Shown piece by piece: positions 37,201-49,200 of a stretch of DNA of 64,000 bases (the first letter of the stretch is position 1; the number at the start of each line of letters is the position of its first letter). Below the pieces are notes generated by a model that saw only the letters and a list, made by a program, of their open reading frames with translations, was not told the DNA's origin and made no database searches. Source of the stretch: Antedon mediterranea (lineage: Eukaryota; Animalia; Echinodermata); assembly GCF_964355755.1 (NCBI RefSeq), contig NC_092677.1, positions 10,190,101 to 10,254,100 of the forward strand, given 5' to 3'. Position numbers and translations under genes: made by a program.

Positions 37201-40200
37201 CTGGTTTAGTAAGCCTTGATTTGTGTGTGTTTTTGTATGATTACAGTGTGGGAATATGGCAAGAGAAGGCCTGCGAACTCTAGTGGTAGGCAAGAAGAAA
37301 TTAACAGAAGACCAGTATAACGATTTTGAGGTAAATACGATATTAAACATAAATACTACAATTTATTTTCAATTAGCAGAAATAAATAGGTACTTATTTA
37401 TACCAATTTAAAGGTATACCGTTGATGAGGTTCAGTTTATTTTTTTTTTGCGTGCAACGCGACTCTACAGCTTACTTGAGCACGCGACTGCAGCCATGTA
37501 TATGGCCTTGTTATTTAGTTACTATTTAAATTACAGTAAAGGAGGCAAATTTTAACTACAGTATGTACACAGATAGTTATGCTTATTGTATAAATACAGG
37601 ATTAAATACCTACATGTTGGCTCTATGTTTCTTTCTATTTCAGAGTCGTTACAACCATGCTAAGCTAAGCATGATAGACCGTGCTAGTAAAGTAGCTGCT
37701 GTTATTGAAAGCCTTGAGAGGGATATGGAGCTTCTGTGCCTGACAGGAGTTGAGGATAAGCTCCAACAAGATGTTAGGCCTACACTTGAGTTACTTCGTA
37801 ATGCTGGTATCAAGGTAGGTGCTGAAAGCATAATAATAATAATAGTTCATTCTTATATAGCGCATATAAGCAAGCTCTCAATGCTTTTATTTTTAGGATC
37901 AAACACGTATGGAAACATACTCCCATAATGCAGCTAAGAATCAGCGAAAAGTTGTGTCCTGATCTAACCAGTACCCATTTTATACACCTGGGTGGAGAGA
38001 GGCACATGTAAGTGTCTTGCCTAAGGACACAAGCAATGTGGTGAAAGATTCAAACCCACGATCTCACGATCAGTAATCCAACATCCAACACACTGCGCCA
38101 CATGTTTTCTCAAATAAACATTGAGACAAGTTATGGAATAAACCTGACCCTTTGCATTATTTAGACATTCAACAGCAAAAGTAACTCACCAATAACAGGA
38201 TAGATATGCTTATAAACTAAGTCTCATTTTGGGCTTAGGGAGTGAAATAACAGTCATGAATTACAACCCAGACGCTAGGTAAGAATTTAACCTTGGACCT
38301 TGAGATTAGAGGTACCAAGCGACAATAACTAATTCTGTATTATTTTTCATTACAGATTTGGATGTTGACGGGGGATAAGCTGGAAACGGCAACATGTATT
38401 GCAAAGAGTTCTCGTCTCGTTGGCCGTACACAAGATATATATACATTCAAAAACATAGCTAATCGGTCCGAGGCGCATCTCGAGTTGAATGCATTCCGTA
38501 AAAAGAACGACAACGCCTTAGTTATACTCGGAGACTCTCTAGATGTAAGCCAAAACATTCCAATTGTTTTCTTTTTAAAATTAAATATTCAATAAGAGGT
38601 AATTGACCGTTCCAGCACAAATATTTTCCACTATATGGTTTTACACAATAAGTTTTAATTATGTAATATATTAGTAAATTATATTTACAGGAAATGTAAC
38701 TGTAGCTTGACCGATGCAGGATCAAGAACAATAGAAAAAGATAATATTTAAACCCATAACATGTCATATACAGATGTAATATTTTATATTACTATAATTT
38801 TTATTTTATTTAACCTTATTTATAGAGATTGACCCTAAACAGCATATGCTGACAATCAAAAGGCCCTCATGATGAGTTATGATAAGTGTCTATGTGACAG
38901 TGGCTGTGTGTATAATAGTACAATGGGGTAACCCCTAGTCATCTTGAATTAGAAAGATGTCCTAGGTTCTTTAAAGTGCACAGATCCAGATGTGTACAGT
39001 GTCGTAGGCAAATTGTGGGTCACATATGTACAGTATCTTGCAACATTGTGTAAAAACTCCCTAGTTCTGCTAGCTGATTTTAGAAATTGTGAAATGAAAA
39101 TAAAGACACTGCACCTCATGTAATTTATCATTTCTTCAGGTTTGTTTACGTTATTACGAACATGAATTTATGGAATTAGCCGTACAGTGTCCTGCGGTTG
39201 TTGTGTGTCGATGTTCTCCGACGCAAAAAGCTAGTATTGTCCATTTAATTAGGACCCACACAGGCAAGAGAACATGTGCAATAGGTGAGTTGCAAATTGG
39301 AATTGTATTCGTAGGAAATTTGTGGGAAAATATGTTTATTGTGAGGCAGGCTATAGTATTGATCCTTGTTATAATATAGAGGGCAGTATACTATATATAA
39401 AGAGTTACGACATTGGGTTAAAGTCATGTGATACACACTAGAGCAACTGTGTCAACATTTTCTTCGTTTATGCATGTAAAGTGTAAGAGCAACAAAATAT
39501 TTTCAACGTTTTCTTATATTTTTAATAATTTAATTACATATTTGATGGTGGATTATCGATGTGCAAAGCGTACATAAGTGCGGAACAAACTACGTCCTAT
39601 TAATAACAATTTTGTAACATTTTTTAATTCGTAATGTATGCTTTGATGACAAAGTAATACAGTGTCGTGGATATATTTGTTAATATACTGAAAAGAGTAT
39701 GAACAATATTAAATAATACAGGAAAATTAAAAATGAAATGATGAACGAGTCTCTGAAATTTTATAAAGTAGGCGGCACAGTTTGTGTCAAGACAGCTTTT
39801 AATAAATCCAATGTCGTAATTCTTTACACATATGGCTCTGTTATTTTCAAAATGCAATATATGTTTTAATAGGGATTTACTGTATGAAAACATTTGTCCA
39901 GTTTTGGAAGTATTGACTCCATTTCTTTTGATAAATGCCATTAGCACCATAAAGTTGCATACTTTTAATGAACAATTTAGATTACTATTCGAATCTCACT
40001 TCAGCCTACATTCTAAAAATGATTTTGATGATGATATTGGACACTAACACGTCGAATACCTACCTTTAGGCGCAAGTCAGTGTACTATTGCATGGCATAG
40101 CAACCATCATCATTTATTGCCTTTTTGACATTTCATTTGTTGGGCATTAAATACTTCCCTGCCTGCTACCATCCCAGCTATTTTAAATCCAACACAGAGA

Positions 40201-43200
40201 ATGGCTTGGTGGTATGAGATATTTGGCTATACCAACCCTTGGATTCTTGGTTCAATCTTATCGGATGTCATAATTTATCTTGTGTTCATGTTTGTCCTGT
40301 GTGAATGCTATTTTTGAAATCTTTGGCAATGTGCCAAAATAAAATAACAATTTAATATTTTTGTATTCTGAACTTCCTTGTATTCATTATTAAATATTTT
40401 CTGTTAAACTGATGTTTATAATGGTTTTAATACCTTATCATCATATAAACATCTGTTTTTTAAATCCATGTGGTGACACACATGTTTATTTGCTTTGTTC
40501 ACCAGACCAGCCTATGTGTGAATTTACAACTTAATTTTCAGACACCTCATGTAAAAAGTTTACAGTTTCTAGGTGCCATATCCCTCAATACTAGTAGTGG
40601 TAATCTAGCTTGGTGGTTTACCTGCAATTATAAGGTCCCTGGTTCAAATCTATATGTCTATATTTTAAAATCTATATATTTCTATACTATGTCTATAGTT
40701 TGGTTAATGTAAGTTGTAATAACTACTGTATTTTCTCATTCCACATGCTTTAGAATATATATGTTTTTTTATGAGTGGCCTTGCTGATGAAATAATATTT
40801 AATTAAGCATAAGTTTTATATCACTCATGTTGATTAACAAATCCAAGTCATGTTGATTCCAAAAATATTTAATTGACGTCATCCTAAATATAGATGAGAA
40901 CATTTTATCAGACATGTTTTAATTAATCGACATCGTGACATCCTAAATATTGATAGATGAGAACGTTTTAGCGAACCTGTTTTATAACGTGAATTACTGT
41001 ATAATTGTTCGCATGTTTAGTTTTGTTTCCTCAAATACGATTCCATGATTTAAATCTTTTAATCAGCGCCGATTAATCCGAAGGATGAGTCTATTTTAAT
41101 AAGATTCAGCTGTTAAATTTGATAAACACATGTTTTGTTCGGATATAGCTCTCATTAATATCGTAATTTGGAGACGAAAAAATTAAAATGTAGACCAGTT
41201 AGTGGCACCAATGCCATAATAGAAGTTGTTTATACGTATTGATATTGATCTTTTCCTGCACTCCAGCATTGAAATTTGAGTATTAAGGGGATTATTCACC
41301 CCAATATTTGTGTACAGACTGGGCCGGCTATTTACTGTACATATTCATTTCTTCCTTGAGGAAAAACTTGAGGCTTAATTAAAACGATTGATATTGATCT
41401 GTTCCTGCACTCCAGCATTGAAATGTGAGTGCTAAAGGGATTCACCCCAATATTTGTGTACAGGCCAGGTCGGCTATTTACTGTACATTCATTTCTTCCT
41501 TGAGGAAAAACTTTAGGCTTAATTAAAACGATTGATATTGATCTGTTCCTGCACTCCAGCATTGAAATTTGAGTGATAAGGGGATTCACCCCAATATTTG
41601 TGTACAGGCCAGGTCGGCTATTTACTGTACATTCCTTTCTTGAGGCTTAATTAAAATGGGAAATCAACAATTTTAATCCAATTTGAGTTTCGTTTTTGCA
41701 AGAATGCCTGTCTTACAGGTTTCTTGTCTCTCCATAGTCTCACCCACATTAGACATGTTTTTTACTTGTTGTTCTAATCTCCCTTAGTGTTCTTGCTTGA
41801 CTCTGTGTACTAGTACACTATAACAACCCCTAATCATCTTGAAAGATGTATTAGGTTCTAACTGCACATGAGCTAGATGTGTACACTTGACCTATGGTTT
41901 ATAGTCCTTATCCGAGAAGACTTGTTCTACCACCAGACCAAGTGAGCCTTGAACCCTTGCCAATGTTATGGCTATTTAATTACAGTTCCACTCTTAACTC
42001 TTAACTGCTCAGCCACTTATTGACTCACTCGCTACAATATTTTTTTTTTGTTCAAATTGTGGTCCTTTCTGACTGATAGCTTGCTATGCTCAATTATCCC
42101 ACCCAATACCCACAGTGTGAACCATAAATAAACTCCATACTTGTAATATTTTCCAGTGGATAAATATAAGCTTTAGTTCACACTTAACTTAGCTGGTTTA
42201 CCAGCTGTAAAATTGAATTCCCATGTTGATTGTGTGAACTCTTTTTAATTATAAACATTTTCCATCTCATTTGAACCCTGTTGTGTTTTGTCGCCTAGAT
42301 CAAATATCAAAGAAATTGCCTTTATGGTAATGTTTTTTCCAGTCTACCATACAAAATGATGTCGCCAAGAAAAAAAAAATGAAATTAATAATAACAACTG
42401 TAGTTTGATCAAACATTGTTTATTTTTTGACAAAGTATTTTCGATACAATGGTAAATTTGTCTTTTAGATGTTGGTGACAATCCATTTACAAGATAAATA
42501 TAACACAAGACTTGATACATACATACTTTCTAAATAATTTGATGAAATACAAGTGAAAGAAACAAAAGGAAACAATCAACATAGATTAAATATTAATCTT
42601 AATTAAGTAATTAATTGCAGTTGAATACAGTTGAAATTTGTGAATCTAAAATATTTTTTTGTTCCTTAAAAGTTGACAAAAATGAAACCAGGTCACTTTA
42701 ATTACCTCAAACTTTACTCTTAAATTAAAATAATAAAATATGTGCAGCATTTTAGTGTATATTAAATTACATTATATATTTTGATAGAAATATTAGACAT
42801 GTATGTGCAGTACACCAGCACTAATATTACTAGGGTATGAAAGTGTAATGGTGTACCAGTGCAGTACAGTACTCCATGGTACAGTACTGTACTTTTGTTT
42901 AAAAACACTCCTTCTTATCTATAAATACTGTTACCCATAGAAAACCCATAGAAACCCAGCTACCATAGCTGAGAAATTTACAATGAAAATAGGTTCAATT
43001 TGTTTAGTCTTTCATTGACAAAATTGTTGCAAATATTTCTCATTTATATAATATTCACCCAGTAATTATGTCCACTCAACCATTGAAAACTTTATTTGAG
43101 TTCTATTTATCTACTATGAGAAGCATGGCTACAATAGAGAGGCTTTTAACAGATTTTAAGAGATTATTGTTGATTTTAACAGCTTAAATTTCAGCCAAAT

Positions 43201-46200
43201 CAATTATGTACCATCCAATGCAATTATTTGAATTTGAAATGTTTACTATTATTAGATTAGATATGTCAAAGAAATTGACCGTGTTCGTACGGCGATTGAA
43301 ATACACGTTTATTTGGTTTTTACCCTTGGGGTAAAACCCATACGACGTTCGTACGAATAAACAAAGTACCGGTAAGCTGACACAAAACCAATTAAGATCG
43401 GAATTCTTAGGTCAAAAAGCGCCCTCTGTGCGTCGACCCATATCAATTGACATGGCGTGTTGACAAATTCAACTGGATATTGCATGTCGTTTCGCGCGCG
43501 AATCCTTCAATTATTATTTTTCAATCGACAACCAGACCTATATATTTATAATACATCGAATACAATTTACTTTTTAAATAAATAATGATCGAAAATCCTG
43601 CTAACGTATGTTGTTTGTTGACCACGTGTATTTATCGTGCGAGCCGAACTATTGTTGTGGAAATTCCATTTAATGTACACGCACTGTACCCCTCTTGTAA
43701 AAATCACCACGTGTATTTATCGTGCGAGCCGCCGAACTATTGTTGTGAAAATTCCATTTAATGTACACGCACTGTACCCCTCTTGTAAAAATCACCACGT
43801 GTATTCATCGTGCGAGCCGAACTATTGTTGTAAAAATTCCATTTAACACCCACTGTACCCCTCTTATCGTGCGAGCCGAACGGTTGATGTGGTAATTCAC
43901 AGACACCAGGCTACCACAATACAGAACTCCCTGCCGTTACAATACATGTACATTGATTCGCAAGTTCAGGTCACCGGAAAAAACCAACGAGTTGATTATT
44001 TATATATGATTTTACAAAACAATAGATATACATTCGCATTAACGAAAAAGAACATTTTAAACAATAATTGCTAAACAATCAGAAAGCTTATTTGAGGTCG
44101 CGATTTGACATGACCCCGTTAACGCTTGATTAATTATACCCCGAGGCAGCGTGTAATTGGAATGGGATTGAAATAACCAGTAAAGTTGGTGGATTTTTCG
44201 TCCAGATGGTTTTCTAATTTTTTATAGCCAGAGGCGTAAGTTAATTGCTACACGCGACCTCACAGTTGGAAGTACACGGTAGTTTCAGCCCCGTCCGAAC
44301 GGGCCCATTGTTAGGTTTCATTTAAGAGTTTTGAAGGAGGATTAATGTGTTTGCTATAGTTTTTATCCATTACATTTAAAGGAAATCTCTATTGATAGGT
44401 TATACTTTACTTGTTTATTTTTGTCTTTACAACGTTTGCAGTTTTGAAAAACGTTTAGTTCAGTTACTGGGTATTACCATAGGATTTATGTGTAATCCCA
44501 TCTCTAAACAAAGAATTGGATAAGCGTATACTCGAGGACTAAAATGGCTTATCAGCCCATTACCCACTTGAATTAGTTTTGCATTAGTAGGCCTACAAAC
44601 ATAGAGAAATAATGATACAAATGTATAGTATTAAAGCCACATTAGGAATTGTTCTTAGTTTGTTTAAGTACCGTAACCATTTTAAGGTTCTTTTTTTCTT
44701 ATTTAAAAAAATACAAAAATACTCATGGATCACAATCCTAAGTGCTAGATGCACATTCAAGGTTTATTTATTTCAATTGTTCTTGCAGTTAAAAAAAACT
44801 GAATTACCACAATCTTGACAATATATAAAAATTGGATACATAATATAAAACATTTAACATTAAAATTAACATCTCCATTAATCAACAACATACAATTACA
44901 ATTTAAAATATACATTATATTAAAAAACAAATTTTTTCAAACATGTTCTCTCCTTTTACAGATTAAATAAACTACTTTTGATATCTATTTTGACTATTTT
45001 CGATCCTCCCCTGTGCATAACAGTAGTGTCGCATAGAGAAAGAATGTTGGAATCTAAAACAAAAATCGAGATATTTTATTGATACACTACATAGTGCTTT
45101 GGTCTCAATCTTTAAGCAACATTTTTAGTGTTATTGCAATGCTTATTCATAAAACATAGTGTCAAGGGGGTAGAGTTAACATTTCTTCCCAGATGTGTGG
45201 ATGCAAAGTGTGCTATAAATCAAAAGAGGAAAAACAAAAGTATATAGTGCTTAATTTGACGTCAAAGCTCTATCACCTTTATGGTTGAATAAATGCGGCT
45301 AGTATGTGACTTGATTTTATTTGCTTTACTCTTGACAGATTTATTATATATTTAATTTTGTAGACTTTGATAATCAACATGATCCACTGAAAACAATGTT
45401 TGTGTATGAAAAGTGTTTTTCTGAATTGACCATCTCGTATGATCTTTGAATAATTAATCCATTGTGAAATCATCCTTTTTTTCAAGAATGTAACATTGAA
45501 CAATTTCAAACATCTTAGGTTACAGCTTAGAGGACCAACCACATGCAGGAAAAAACAAATACAAAACACTTTAAAAAAAGACATCAAATTCAGATTGTTG
45601 TTTAACAAATTACAGTTAAAAATTACATTATTAGGGAACAAGTCGGTTTAAAGCGGGCATTCCATATGGTATATGGTAATGATCAATAATAAAATCCTCA
45701 ACATTTCATTCAATTAATTATAATCGCCACTTTTACACCCTACAGTACTTTCCTTAACCCTTTCAAGTGCACATGATGTGTACATCGAACGTCCATTTGA
45801 AGTATATATCCAAAAGATTTGTGTACCACCAGAATTAGGGTTGTGAGGATATTGTTACTTTGGCTTATACTGCTAGTGTCATAACCGCTCGGCCACTAGA
45901 CTCAACTAATATAAAATCATTACCACATTCACATAGCATCAAACTGTGTCAGACAGGGCATTACAGCATGAGAATAAATGTCGTTTTTTATATCTTGTCT
46001 GGTCATGCGATACCATAAATCTGTACTCAATTAAACTGATCTGTCAAGACATAAAACATTGAGGTGCAAAGAATAAACACATGTGGGCACAAGGAAATGA
46101 AACATGCTAAAGCTCTGTCTACACTATCAAACTAGCTTGATTTGCCCAAATATGGTAGTGATATTCCCAAATAAGGTAGTGATATTCCCAAATATGGTAG

Positions 46201-49200
46201 TGATATGATATCATCACGTCCATATATTGGCACATCACATTGTTGTTACATAACGTGTAGACAGAGCTTTAGAATAAGCATTTAGTTGCTGTACTATACC
46301 ACTATATTGTATTTGGTCAGATGTTTTTCCCTACTCTGATGTAATTTGTACTTCCTAAGTACATTGAGAATACTTGCGAATGACTTACTAATATATATAG
46401 TTTACAGGGAATTTTTAAGTTTTTTTTTTCATTTTCTTAAATTAATCTCAGTTTTGCTTGGATTTTTACATCCGTATTCATGTTATTTGCAAATTGATAG
46501 GATTATGATTTAGTCATTTATGTTCTTGAATCTCTCTTTGATTTCCTTTCTTATTTCCTGTTGCTATAATTACTAAGCCTAACATTAAAAAATGCTGAGT
46601 ATGTTTAATGTATATTTCTTGTAAACTGGACAAATTATTTATAATCATATAATTTATTGACTTAACCACATAGGATAGTGTGCAGTCAAACAAGTTAAAC
46701 AAACATCTTAACATTAAAAACAACCAAAATATAATCAAATCATATTAAGAAACTTTAATTGTCTTCATAAGAAATAAAGAAAAAATTAAAGATAAATATA
46801 CATAAAAGGAACTAAAAAATGACAAGATTAGGATTTTCTCAGTGATGTCTGTTTTGGAGTAAATAAAAATAGAATAAAAATAAATTGTAAAATAAATAAA
46901 TATATTTAGCCCAAACTTAACCTATTTTAGATCAAACATTTTTTGCAAACATTGTCAGAACATATTACTGAATGACCTTTACTGTATGTACTTTCACTTA
47001 TAGTATTATATAGCATAGTACCCTAATATGTTTAAAAAAAGTTTTTTACATTCATTAAAAGTTAAAATAGAATTAAATTTTCTACATAATTTAATGTTAT
47101 ATTCAAAGATTTTAATTTATATGTTAAAAAAGGGATTCTTTTGTAATGTTGTGTGTTTTTGAAAGAAAATAAATGTTTATTTGATTGATTGACATTTACC
47201 TCAACTGTGTTTGTTTTCATAGGTGACGGTGGCAATGATGTTAGTATGATTCAAGCAGCTAATGTAGGCGTTGGTATCGTTGGAAAGGTTGGTGTTTTTA
47301 ATATTCTTAAGCTCTGTAAAACTATAAAACTAGTTCGACAAAAAAAAGTGTGACGTTCCCAAATATGGTAGTGATATGCTTAAATATCGTAGTGATATGT
47401 TAAATGTTAAATTTATTATTGATATCATCATATCCATATATAGGCACATCACATCAAGTTTGATATATGTAGACAGAGCTTTACAAGCAAATTAAAATAA
47501 TGCTTTCCATCAAAATTATCAATGCAAGAAGCAACCCCACTACATTTTTGTGTTTAATGCATCTCCAACATATAATAGGTGGATCCAGATGGGAGGACTA
47601 ATTTTTTAGAATTACAGCCATGCAAAAGATAGAATTAGGTTGCGTTCAGCACTTAAACATTTTTAGGTCCTGGGCTGTCTCTATTTCAAAATCTGAGACC
47701 TATCACTTCTCACCCCCACATAAAAATCTATTTATTTATTTTTCGTTGATTTATTTTATTTAGGAAGGAAAACATGCGTCGTTGGCCGCAGACTTCTCTA
47801 TCACCCAGTTCAAACACCTTGGATCTCTCTTGATTGTTCATGGACGCAACAGTTACAAACGCTCGGCTGCGCTTAGTCAGTTTGTCATGCATAGAGGTTT
47901 GATCATCTCCACGATGCAGGCCATCTTTTCTTCCGTGTTTTATTTTTCTTCAGTCGCACTTTATCAAGGAATTCTGACAGTAGGGTAGGTTTAAAATCTT
48001 CTTTATTTAAGTAAAAATCTAAGTAAATCACCAAATGCAGGATGAATAATAAACTACAGTATATCTTGCTTATAAACCAAGTCTCATTTGAGGCTTAGGG
48101 AGTGGAGTTGAAAGGGTTATGCCATTAGGTCAGAATTGAACCCTAGATCTTGGGATTGGAAGTCAAGCATGTTAACCACCAAGCTACCGGTACTTGATCA
48201 TTCCAATTTGGATGATCAGCATATTCCACTCTCGCCTGGTCCATTCCCATGGCAATCGGCTAACATAAAAAAAAGTCCAGATTGAAATCACACCCAGAGT
48301 TTGACTATATTTCTTAATCTCTGTATACACTATCAAATTTGATGTGACAAACAAATTTAATGTGCCCATATATGGTCATATCACTACCATATTTGGGCAC
48401 ATCACACTTTTTTGATTAAACTAGTGTAGACAGAGCTTTACATTTTGTATCGAGTATATAATTTCCTCAAACAATGCAAAGTAATATATTATACAATATA
48501 AGTTTTCATTGTTTTTTATCATCAAATATAATGGCAAAGTTTATCATTCAGCTTCCTTTCAATCCAATGTAGATTGTAGTTTTTGTATCAAATGTCTTGA
48601 GTACTGAAATGCAGAGATTAGACATTTTACGATTTATCTTAAGCTCTGTCTACACTATCAAACTTTATGTGACAACAAAATGTGATGTGCCCATATATGG
48701 ACACGATGATGTCATATCACTACCATATTTAAAACATATCACTACCATATTGGGCCGCATCACACTTTCTTGTCAAAATAGTTTGATAGTGAAGACAGAG
48801 CTTTACACACTTTTACACACTTACGACATATGCACGACTCATAGTTTGATAGTGAAGACAGAGCTTTACACACTTTTACACACTTACAACATATGCACGG
48901 CTCATAGTTTGATAGTGAAAACAGAGCTTTACACACTTTTACACACTTACGACATATGCACGGCTCATAGTTTGATAGTGAAGACAGAGCTTTACACACT
49001 TTTACACACTTACGACATGCACGGCTCATAGTTTGATAGTGGCACGGCTCATAGTTTGATAGTGAAGACAGAGCTTTACACACTTTTACACACTTACAAC
49101 ATATGCACGGCTCATAGTTTGATAGTGAAAACAGAGCTTTACACACTTTTACACACTTACGACATATGCACGGCTCATAGTTTGATAGTGAAGACAGAGC

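Noticed and set aside
36905-37210. Three degenerate ~110-130-bp repeats, plus small duplications at 19-118, 4585-4797 and 20938-20997
   Set aside because: Real but ordinary local duplications with no further structure.
39285-47222. Nested gene or LINE/transposase ORF in the 8-kb ATP9B intron
   Set aside because: No ORF with recognisable RT, endonuclease or DDE motifs and no coherent exon chain; only SINE and MITE fragments and short tandem repeats were seen. Small hidden exons cannot be excluded.
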